From positions 80,664,001 to 80,724,000 of the forward strand of contig OZ076409.1 in NCBI GenBank assembly GCA_964187785.1: a stretch of DNA of 60,000 nucleotides, given 5' to 3'. Below the pieces are notes generated by a model, which saw only the letters and a list, made by a program, of their open reading frames with translations, did not search any database and had not been told where the DNA came from. This document shows positions 37,667-47,260 of the stretch, in pieces (position 1 is the first letter of the stretch; the number at the start of each line of letters is the position of its first letter). The stretch comes from Amphiscolops sp. MND2022 (Eukaryota). A program made the position numbers and the translations under genes.

Positions 37667-38645
37667 CAGCAACATCTCTCACATGAATCGCCCAGATGAA
37701 CAGATTGCAGTGACGACTCCAAAAAGATCATCCTCCATGCAGCTGACCCATCATCGACTCAAGCCACCCAAGATGATCCAATCAATCAACAGATGATATG
37801 CAGATAATATGAATAACAATAAATAATCTACAGCAGAAAAACAAAAAAACATTGTACTTGATTATGAGTTAAACTTTAGAAACACTTAATTGAAATGTGC
37901 TTGCGATCAAATTTATCTTAAAATATACATAACTCCCACCCATATTTATTTGCCCTCATATTACTCTCATCTTGTGCCCATACCGATATTTATTTGCATA
38001 TTTTTAATGAATAATTCAGTAATATTAATTTTCAGTGCTTTTCAATCCTAATAATTCAAAATGTTAACAAAATTCTTTTCAAAATTTCAACAAAAATGTG
38101 TTCAAAAATTAGATCAAGCACACTGTTCCATCTCAATTTGAATAATGAGAAACCCAATTTCTCAAAGATTTCAACATTTCTTACATAACAAACCCGCCAA
38201 ATTTGAGAACAACCTGAAATCTTTTCAGACAGTTTTCAAACAAAATTTCAACAACATATTTATCATTGACTCTTTGACCTTTAACTCATAAGATGAATGC
38301 TCAACATTTGTCCAATGCGAAGCTTTTCTAGCAGCTTCAACAAAGGCATAGAACCGAGCCGCTACCAGTTCAAAAACAAGCCTGATGAAAGCATATAGAA
38401 ATAGACCACTTTGACGCTTTTGTACTATAGTCGCCCTTATGAGATGTCAATCAAAATTTTGGATAGACAATTCGAGGTATACCACTGAGTCGAACTTACA
38501 CCAAATCTAAAGAGACTTATGCCAATCATCCATCAAATGAAAAAAAAATGTTAACTAGCGCTTCAGTTCGCTAAAAACATTTAAACAAAAAATTTTTCTC
38601 ACCCTATTTTATTCATGTGATATAATGTAAAAATTTCAATTCTTT

Positions 38646-38660
38646 AAAAACCGGGATGGA
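38646..38660 (+). promoter_or_regulatory. Polypurine tract
   Basis: AAAAACCGGGATGGA abutting the 3' LTR. Confidence 0.7.
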
Positions 38661-38938
38661 TGTACTGACCTACATTAATAACCAATAGTATTTAGATGTT
38701 TGTAGAATGTTCTAGAATGTACATTTACTTAATATTGAATGACTGTAAAACTCTACTCCTTCAGAGAGAAAAAACTAATAATCAGTATTTGGTTGACTTC
38801 CTTTTTGTTCTACTTCTACCATCTCATAGCTAGCTAGCCAGACCTCGAAGCAGCCTTTCTTAGTAAGCCTTAAAGTAGCCACCACCACCTTCCAATAAAA
38901 TAAAAGGCACACACTCAACAACTAGTTAAGGCAGCACA
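38661..38938 (+). repeat. Ty3/gypsy 3' LTR (278 bp)
   Basis: By eye, 9 substitutions and 1 indel relative to the 5' LTR. Confidence 0.95.
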
Positions 38939-38942
38939 ATTG

Positions 38943-39035
38943 TGCAAAACAGTAACATTACATTCAACCATCGTTCTTTTAATAAAACCTTCTAGGAAGA
39001 CAACTGTTTTGACTTCAACCGTGAAGACGAGCACA
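38943..39035 (+). repeat. BEL/Pao 3' LTR, right part
   Basis: Resumes TGCAAAACAG...GAGCACA exactly where the LTR was interrupted; followed by TSD CTATC. Confidence 0.95.
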
Positions 39036-39147
39036 CTATCTTAACAACATTAATAAGTTGCAAATATTTGAAACATGAATGCAAACAAGCTTACAGACGA
39101 ATCAACGCCAAAGCAGTCAATGAAGACGAGCACACCTTTTGACTTCA

Positions 39148-39566
39148 TGGCCCTTGGGATATTTTGAAAACTTTCCGAAAAAATGACATTTTTGAACAGT
39201 GTTACAGTGCCGAAAAATGTAAGAGACACTTTGGAATCTTTTGACATCCATTGTGATGCAAAATATCGAAACAAACGAAGGAAGACCCTTTGGTGGAATC
39301 CAAAAAACTTCAAAAAAAAGTCGCATAGTGCCGAAAAAAATCTGAGTGAAAAACACAAAGGGGGGATCCTATGTTTTCGAGGTTCTGGGCGTCGATGTTT
39401 TTGTTTTGGACGAGTTTCTGGCGTTTCGAGTATGTTTTGGACGTCCGCAGTTCAAGTTGATGATGTTGAACAAATGAACAAAAAAGTGGACAGATCGCGT
39501 TGAACTGACGAAAAAAAACTAGCCACGGTAAGAGTCGTGTATTTTTTCGAAAACGCCGACTAAAAA
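39148..39566 (-). mobile_element. Helentron/DINE-1-like element, one end truncated
   Basis: CAGTGCCGAAAAA subrepeats; terminus AGTCGTG...CGCCGACTAAAAA. Confidence 0.6.
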
Positions 39567-40938
39567 GGCACAATTGTAACCCTACACGGAGAAACAACAT
39601 TGTGACAAGAGTAACCACAGACTCCCATCAGCCTTCAACAAAGATCATCCAGCCTTCTGAATCGAAATCAGGGGTATTCCAATAACTTAGTATAGAAGCT
39701 GTTGGACTCGCTCCGAAACGGCACACTACATAGTGCGGTTACCCACGCTTACCAATGGCTCTGTCCACTACGATATCAACGTTCGATGACAAGTCAGACA
39801 AATGAGAATTTTGAGCATTCCTTTCCAAAAAATTATTTTTCTCCAATTTTTGGTTTTTTTGAGGTTTTCTGAGGGGGAAACACTTTTCGGAGTCCAAACG
39901 ATGACCTCATTGATTATTATTTGGTCCTGTAGAACGGATAAGAGTTTTCTCAATAATTGTGGAAAGGACGTACAGTATTTTTGGCACTGTGCGACTTCTC
40001 AAAAAAATATTCATTGGGTCAAAGTGTACCCTTTCCGGCTTGGAAAGAAACGTTTTGCGAGCGCGAGCTCAAATTTCCCTGTTCGGGACTATTAGACGTA
40101 TTCCCGATAAAAAATTTCGGAAAAATAATTTTCAAAAAAAGGTTTTATTGTATCCAGTTGGGGAAACAACGGTTTTCTAGTTTTTGTTAGTATCCCTTGA
40201 GGTATTTTTGGGTACTGAGAAAGAAATTGATAAAATTTTACCAATAGTGTCCATTGAATATTAGGAAACTTGGTTTTTTGAAAAGAGCGGGGCAAATAAT
40301 TTTTTCATTGTAACAAAATTTCTTCAGTGGTTTGTTTAATTTTTTGAAACATTCAAATAAATGAAACACAACCATTTTCGAAAAGTTTCATAAGCTTTAT
40401 AAGGTTTTTTGATGGTTTGGAATGGAAATTTTAAAGATTGTTTTTTTTTCGAGAATTTCCAAGGCTTTCGCTTCAAGCACAAAATCGATGCACAATTTAT
40501 CAGATGTTGAAATTCAAATACTTTCAATATTTCAAAAACTATCACAGTTTTTTGGCCGAAATACCTGGAATCAAAACAGTACCAGTATCCAGCGATTCGA
40601 AAACTATTAACGTTAGGAACTTTAAAAAATGAAAGGCGAAAACTCATTGAACTTCTTTTTCCTATTGGACCAAAAATTGAGAAAACTTGATCCTGAGTGT
40701 GACAACTTTGTTGAAAATATTTCGAAAATCATATTGGAATGCGTCGACAAGTTTGCTCCTCTGACAACTGTCAAAATACAACACCGACACAATTCAAATG
40801 ACTGAATCACGAATCTAATAAGTAGGGCAACCAAAAAGGGCAAAAGGGCAAAAGGGGCTAAAAGGGCAGAAATCAGGGTTAGGGGCAAAAATTTCAATAA
40901 AAGGCAAAAAGGGCAAAATACATCGAATCTTGTACTTT

Positions 40939-41117
40939 TTCTCAGAAATACGAATTATGTGTTGTGTGGACAGACATTTCTCAGAAATACAAATCACTTG
41001 TGTTTGTGTACAGACATTTCTCAGAAATACAAATCACTTGTGTTTGTGTACAGACATTTCTCAGAAATACAAATCACTTGTGTTTGTGTACAGACATTTC
41101 TCAGAAATACAAATCAT
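40939..41117 (+). repeat. 40-bp tandem repeat in the hAT 5' region
   Basis: CAGACATTTCTCAGAAATACAAATCACTTGTGTTTGTGTA x3 perfect (40971-41090) plus partial flanking units. Confidence 0.9.
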
Positions 41118-41125
41118 TCAGCAGG

Positions 41126-42484
41126 ATGCCTAAAACGGCCGAAACTCTCTCTGAAAAAATTGTTACCTATACCAGAAAGCATCCAGAAGAATTTGAGAGA
41201 AAAGATGGTGCTTTGTTTTGCAAATTGTGCAAGGTCAGCGTGTCCTGCGATAAGAAGACAAGGGTTGAAAGCCATCGAAGCTCAGCTACCCACCAAGGGA
41301 GACTTCCTCTTCTACGGAGTCAGTGGCCAGACAGCTCAAACACCCAGACCAAAGCGGCACAAATATGTGAGGCGTTTCTTAAGGCAGATATTCCGCTTCA
41401 CAAATTACGGCATCCGGCAATCAAAGAACTTTTTGAGAAAAATAAAATTGAATGTCCTGGAGAAACAACCTGCCGAAACGCCGTGAAGGAATTATATGCT
41501 GGCAAGATGGAAAAGCTGAAGGAAATTCTCAAGAATAAGAAAATTTCTGTGCAGTGCGATGAAAGTGAAGTGAGTGATAAAAAGTTTGTTCATGTTCTGG
41601 TGGGAGAAATTGGAGAAAGGCCGTTTTTGGTAACGTCCAAATGCGTTGAGACAGTGGATTCTAATGTTATTTGCAACATGGTTGACGATTCCCTACGAAA
41701 AATGGGGATTGAAAAACCAAACTTTTGGCACTTTTTGACCGATGCTGCTGCCTACATGAAAGCTGCAGGGGAGAAGTTGAAAACTTTTTATCCCAATATG
41801 CTTCATACAACCTGTCTTGCTCACCTAATGCATAACGTGGCTGAAAATGTTAGAGCCCGCTACCCAGATGCCGATTTTTTAATAGCTTCTGTCAAAGCCG
41901 CCGTAACAAAAAATCAGCAAAGAAGAAAAGACTTTCATGCAAAAGAACTGCAAACCCCACCCCAACCAATCCTTACCAGATGGGGGTCGTGGATCGAAGC
42001 TGCAGGATTTTATGCAGAAAATTATGAATCTGTTAAGGAAGTCGTAAATTCCTGGGATGGAAATGGCGTGCTAGTGTTGAATGCGCAAAAAGCTGTTAAT
42101 TCCGATTCGCTTTTTATGAGTTTGGTGGAACTAGAAAGATACAAACAAATTCCCTGTATTATTAAAAAATTGGAGAACCCGGCCTCAAATATTATGGAAT
42201 GCTATAAGTATGTGAATGATTTTTTGCAAGAATTGGACGTGGACGACCCAGTCAAGATTTACCTCAGCCAGCGTTTGCAGAAAAGTGGGGACTTATTGAA
42301 AATTATCAGTGGAGAGAATGTTGGTAACCCGGCAGTGCTTGCGCAAATAAGAACCTCTCTCGGATCGTCGGCAGACGTGGAGCGAACATTTAGCAAACTC
42401 AACAAGATGCTTGCTAACGACCGTAAATTTGATGTTACAAATATCGAGAATTACATATGCATTTATTGTAACATTTCACTTTAA
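41126..42484 (+). CDS. Intact hAT transposase, 452 aa (CGGBP1-like zinc finger, DUF659-type)
   Basis: CKLC...H.....H finger; QCDES, LTDAAAYM, CLAH, TRWGSW and SADVERTFS motifs; no stops. Confidence 0.92.
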   Translation: MPKTAETLSEKIVTYTRKHPEEFERKDGALFCKLCKVSVSCDKKTRVESHRSSATHQGRLPLLRSQWPDSSNTQTKAAQICEAFLKADIPLHKLRHPAIKELFEKNKIECPGETTCRNAVKELYAGKMEKLKEILKNKKISVQCDESEVSDKKFVHVLVGEIGERPFLVTSKCVETVDSNVICNMVDDSLRKMGIEKPNFWHFLTDAAAYMKAAGEKLKTFYPNMLHTTCLAHLMHNVAENVRARYPDADFLIASVKAAVTKNQQRRKDFHAKELQTPPQPILTRWGSWIEAAGFYAENYESVKEVVNSWDGNGVLVLNAQKAVNSDSLFMSLVELERYKQIPCIIKKLENPASNIMECYKYVNDFLQELDVDDPVKIYLSQRLQKSGDLLKIISGENVGNPAVLAQIRTSLGSSADVERTFSKLNKMLANDRKFDVTNIENYICIYCNISL

Positions 42485-45400
42485 TAAGTGATATTGACTT
42501 CTTTGTTAAATCCTCGTTTTCAACCACGTGCCGATAAAGGGCAAATAAGGGGCAAATTTTAAAATAAAGGGCGGCAAATAAAGGGCAAAATTTTAAAAAA
42601 TAAAGGGCAAATCGCGGTTGCCCTACTAATAAGAAACGCTAAAACAAAAAGAGAAACTTTTCCACCAATGGGTTCAATCGCCAAGTGAAAATAACAGGGA
42701 TCTGTACAAGAGACAGAGAAATACAGTTAAATCATTAAAAAGAAATGCTAAGCTAGAATGTAACTACAAAAAACTCGGAAATAATCCTTCCGGTAAAACC
42801 ATATACCGCACACTGAAATATCAACTGGCAAAAGAACCCAAAAATATCATCCCAGATATCAAAAAACCTAATGAATATTTCACATCCATCGGAGGAATCT
42901 TATCAAAAAAGTCCCACAGAATACGATAGCCCAGTGAACGTACCAAATTTTGAAAAGACAATGGTACTCGCTTACTGTGACAAAAATGAAGTGGCACAAA
43001 TAGTAAACGCGCTGAAAAACAAAAAAGTGTTGGTCATGACGGATTGAGCAACCAAATGCCTAAACACTGTTCCCCAGTAATCGGAAATGTTTGAGTGAAG
43101 CTTTCAATATGAACATCTCGAAAAGAATGTTTCCGGAATTCCTGAAACTAGCGGAAGTTGTTCCTAGATTCAAAAAAGGAGATAAAACTTCTCCCGAGAA
43201 CTACAGGCCGATAAGTTTGTTATGTTCTATCAGCAAAATCTTTGAAAAACTTTTGTACAATTGCATGGTTCAGTTTTTCGTAAAACGTAAATTGTTTGCA
43301 TCGGAGCAATTCGGGTTTCAAAAAAACGATCGTGCGTTCATGCAATCAGTACTGTAACTGAATGTAAGAGAAAAAATTGGCAAAAAAAATCAACGGGTCA
43401 AGCGTGTTTTATCGATCTCTAGAAAGCATTCGATACCCTAGATAATTCGATATTATTGAAAAAATTATATGCCTATGTTTACAGAGGACCAACCTTCGAA
43501 AATTTGATAGACTATTTAGCCAATAGAGACCAATATATAGAGACTGTTAAAAGATAGGACCGATAAACTACATTTCAATACTTGCGTGCCTCAAGGATCG
43601 ATCTTAGGACCTTTTTTGTTTTTAGTCTATATCAATGACTCACCCAGTTATATTGGAAACAGTAGCAAAATAGCCATCTTTGCTGACGATACTTCTATAG
43701 TGAAAGCTGGTCCACAAAATCAATGTTTTTTACAAACGGACTTGGATCGAATAAACAACTGGTTTTATTACAACAAACTGTCATTTTAAAATTAAATGTG
43801 ATGTCATGAACTTTGGGATTGGTATACCGAAAGATTTGACACCTAACAACGAGGAACTTCCTAAGCGAAACTCATGTAAATACCTTGGAGCATGCTTAGA
43901 TAAAAGCTACTTTTTCATGACCACATTCAGCACATCGTAAAGAAATTTAATCAATTCAGTGGGATTATTTATAAAGTTCGCGAAAATTATCGATAAAGTG
44001 CTTATTAATGTTCTACAATTCCATTGCAAAATCAACCATATCTTATGGAATACTGACGTATGGGAGTGCAGCGAAAGACAATCTCTATAAAAGTGAAAAG
44101 GCTCAACGAAGAATACTACGGGCATTTTTTCAGAAATAAGTACGATAGTGTTGGGTATATTTTTGAACGGAACAAAATTTCGACTGTATTAGAAATATAC
44201 CTAATGGAGATTTTCGCAGAAGTTTTCGAACAATAGAGAATTGAATCACCTCTCAGTTCACTAAATATAGCTGGTAATCATTCATATTATACGAGAAGGT
44301 GTAAAAAGGGACTGTTATCTTTCCCCTATAGTCGTATTGTCACTGAATCGAAATCGGTTGAAAATAGATTACGGCAAGCATACCACTGGCTAAAAGACAG
44401 GGATTTGATTCCCAGATATCAAGCGTTTGAGTAACTCGCAAATTCTCTACAACTGAAAAAAAATTCAGAACTTTATATCATAGGTAATAATGTTAACATA
44501 TCGATCTTCGATACACTTTCATGAGTTCACCACTTTCATACATTCGCCTATTGAACTGAGTGATAACATTGAAAAAATACTTTGAACTTTTCTCTTGCAA
44601 TCTTTCAGCTTTTTGATGTGGGGCAGAAACTCGAAGAGCTGCTTAAGCTCATTTTCTGTCCTGATTGGATGAAATATTTATGAGTTAAATAAACTCCTGT
44701 TAACTTATGATAATGTATGTCCTTGCAAATACATTTTCCTTTGGGAAATATTCAAAATGGTAGTGAATGATTACATTCTATTCATGACTTCAAATTTAAT
44801 CATTCGAAACTAAACTCATCGTTGTTTGTTCGAAAGTGTTGGTAATTGTCTTTGGAAATAATAGCTTATGATTCTTGAAAAACAATTGAAATACAGGCGT
44901 TCCGTTCGGAAAGCAGGTTTTCAGGAGCTCAACAAATATGGGAAATTGTAATCGAAAAAAGTTATAAATTGGTGAATTTGATACTTATGAAAGCAAAATA
45001 CGGGTGATTCCAATCGTAGACTTTATGAAGATTCATTGCGAAGATTTTGCAAACCAGTTTTCTTACCAAAAGTAACCAAAATGGCCAGATAGAAAAATTT
45101 CTACATGCCATGTTCCACAGATCCATGTACACCATATATCAAGCGGTTATTTTAGTGTTATTTTTTCAAATTATTTCTAAATCCTACTCTAAATTTCTTC
45201 TGCAGGTATTTCTCCTTTCTCTACTAAATTTCTCCTGCGGGTATTCTCAGCTGCCAAAATCTAGCTCGCCAAAATCTGCTTCAGCAATACAATGTCAATT
45301 GTCTCTCACACACTTTGTCAGCGCAACAATCTTGGTCTCAGCTCGCGTGTTACACTAGGTACCAAAAAGCTAGACGCTCGATTTGACTAACGAAAATTTT

Positions 45401-46039
45401 CGAAGCTCAATAATTTTTAAATTATTCATTCTACAAAGAAGTCTCAGAAGCCACTAAATTTTTCTTCAGAATTACAACGGTATTTTTTGTAATTCCACCT
45501 TACATTTTACGTATTAAAAATTGAAGAATTTGCATTTTGTGATCCTTTCGCCATGTAAATTTTTGAAGAGAACGTTTTCAGAAAAACTATAAGAAAAGGA
45601 AGTTAAAAATCCGAATCAAAGGTAGTTTCTCGCATACATTTGTATGTACATTTGTTGTTATTACGAGCAGCGGTTATATTGCATGTCAAAAATGAGCCAA
45701 GTGTTAACTTATTATTGATTGATTTCAAAACCAAAGATCACCCTGTATTTCTGGTCAAACTTTTGAAAACATTTTTCACGAGACAACCGAGATCTGCAAT
45801 TTAAGTTTCTTCATACTTGATCAACAATGCCCTTTCGCCAAAACAAACGTGAGCAAAAATTTATTGCAACTAAATTTCATCAAATTGTTATGACTGCTGG
45901 AACAGTCATCGACAAAACAACTTTATCAGACAGTTTCGAAAATCCAAATCCAACTTCTATTCTTTTCCTTAGTGTCTCCGCTTTCCATCGCGCTGCCTGG
46001 CATCCGAAAACGTTTCTACGAACTTACTTCCATCAGAAC

Positions 46040-47260
46040 TCATTTTCGGTTTCTTTTCACTTTCCCACCGCCACCTTTGCCTTTGGAAGCACCACCTTTC
46101 CCCTTGGGTGGCCCTGCTTTCTTGTTAGCTCCTCCCTTCATAGAAGTGTAACTTTTACTTTTCTTTTTGCCTTTGCGAATTTGACTGATGGGTAATCGAC
46201 TGCTGTGCGATTTATTGCCTTCCAGTTTCTTTCTCTTTGTCTTTGACATCTGTTTTTTGTTATCATCATCATCGTCGGGATCTTTTCTGCCCAAAAATGC
46301 CTTGGCTGCAGTCGACGATTTCACACTTTCTTTGCCACGTTTCAAATTGGTAAACGCTTTCATGAAAGCATCTTTTTCACTACTAGGTTTAGAATCTTCG
46401 AACAGATGAATTCTGCCACCTGAAAATTTCTTTGTTTTCCTCTCACTTTCCAAAGGCTTTGTAAATTTTCCTAGGGATGCAGTGCTTTGTGTAGCTACAG
46501 TTAAGGCCTTTTTAGATTCTGATTTAAGAGGGATATACTTTTTATTCATAGACGGAGTTGGTAATATTCCTCCAGTATTACCGGCCTCTTTGCGTGACCT
46601 AGCTACATTTCTAAGTCTGTTCAATTCATTTTTGGCAACTCGTTCACTCTTTGTCAGATATTTCTTCTTCTTTTCTGTACCATGCGAGCCGTCCTTCATG
46701 TCCCTTTTCCTCTTTCGATTACCCCCACCACCTTTACCCTCCTTTTGAGCATCTTCCTCCATTTCTTTGCGCAAGTTCTCTTCGTAGTCTTTTCTCTCCT
46801 TCTCTCCAATCGCCTTGTGTCTACCCCAAGTGGTCTTCCAGCTTTTTGACTCCTCGTCCCAAACTTTGGAGTACTTCTTGCGCTTCTTGATTCCTTTGTC
46901 CTTTGCAAACTGTTCCCATTTAGTGGGTGGTCTCGGCTTGGGTACTGGTTTTTCACGCGGAATCGGCTCTGTTGGAGGTGGGAGAACTGCTATTACGTCA
47001 TCAGCATATATCTGTGTTTTACACTGCCATAATTGATTCACGATGAGCTGGGTACTGTCTCTGGCAAAAGATTTGAAAATGTCTTCCTTCTCAGAATTGG
47101 ATAAAGAGGAGAAATTGTCAGGAAGTGGATTCGGGTCTGATGCCAGCAGGTTGCCAAGGTCCAGTTCAACATCGACTGGTTTGCTCACTTGGATTGACAG
47201 GTTGGACTGAGCTCCACTCTTCGAAACAACATCTTCGAGACGCAGGATTCCAGATGCCAT
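46040..47260 (-). CDS. RRS1: Ribosome biogenesis regulatory protein homolog (406 aa, intronless)
   Basis: DLGNLLASD, ARDSTQLIVNQLW, LPPPTEPIPREKPVPKPRPPTKWEQFAKDKGI, ASLGKF; start assigned to MASGIL (47260). Confidence 0.95.
   Translation of the reverse strand: MASGILRLEDVVSKSGAQSNLSIQVSKPVDVELDLGNLLASDPNPLPDNFSSLSNSEKEDIFKSFARDSTQLIVNQLWQCKTQIYADDVIAVLPPPTEPIPREKPVPKPRPPTKWEQFAKDKGIKKRKKYSKVWDEESKSWKTTWGRHKAIGEKERKDYEENLRKEMEEDAQKEGKGGGGNRKRKRDMKDGSHGTEKKKKYLTKSERVAKNELNRLRNVARSRKEAGNTGGILPTPSMNKKYIPLKSESKKALTVATQSTASLGKFTKPLESERKTKKFSGGRIHLFEDSKPSSEKDAFMKAFTNLKRGKESVKSSTAAKAFLGRKDPDDDDDNKKQMSKTKRKKLEGNKSHSSRLPISQIRKGKKKSKSYTSMKGGANKKAGPPKGKGGASKGKGGGGKVKRNRK

Larger units (their letters stand above)
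20393..38938 (+). mobile_element. Giant (18,546 bp) env-bearing Ty3/gypsy LTR retrotransposon nested in the BEL 3' LTR
   Basis: 277/278-bp TG...CA LTRs, 4-bp TSD ATTG (20389-20392, 38939-38942), PBS, PPT, gypsy-type PR-RT-RH-IN, envelope-like ORF, extra ORFs. Confidence 0.95.
10826..39035 (+). mobile_element. BEL/Pao LTR retrotransposon (about 9.7 kb without the nested insertion)
   Basis: TG...CA LTRs; 5-bp TSD CTATC (10821-10825, 39036-39040); DUF1759-type Gag, triple zinc knuckle, PR-RT-RH-IN order. Confidence 0.95.
40823..42625 (+). mobile_element. Complete hAT-superfamily DNA transposon (1803 bp)
   Basis: Perfect 10-bp TIR TAGGGCAACC, perfect 8-bp TSD CTAATAAG (40815-40822, 42626-42633), subterminal AAAGGGCA repeats. 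Confidence 0.95.
40370..44700 (+). mobile_element. Decayed CR1/L2-like LINE ORF2, interrupted by the hAT element (boundaries approximate)
   Basis: ECVDKFAPL before the insertion; VVPRFKKGDKTSPENYRPISLL, KAFDTLD, PQGSILGPFLFLVYIND and FADDTS after it; many stops and frameshifts. Confidence 0.85.

Noticed and set aside
39050..40647. Numerous 60-150 aa ORFs here and at 49773-52416 and 56021-56749
   Set aside because: They are F/K-rich translations of interspersed repeats on both strands, with no domain signal.
40930..41486. ORFs at 40930 and 40959, and the 54-aa N-terminal extension of the transposase
   Set aside because: They are by-products of the stop-free 40-bp tandem repeat; the transposase most plausibly starts at ATG 41126.
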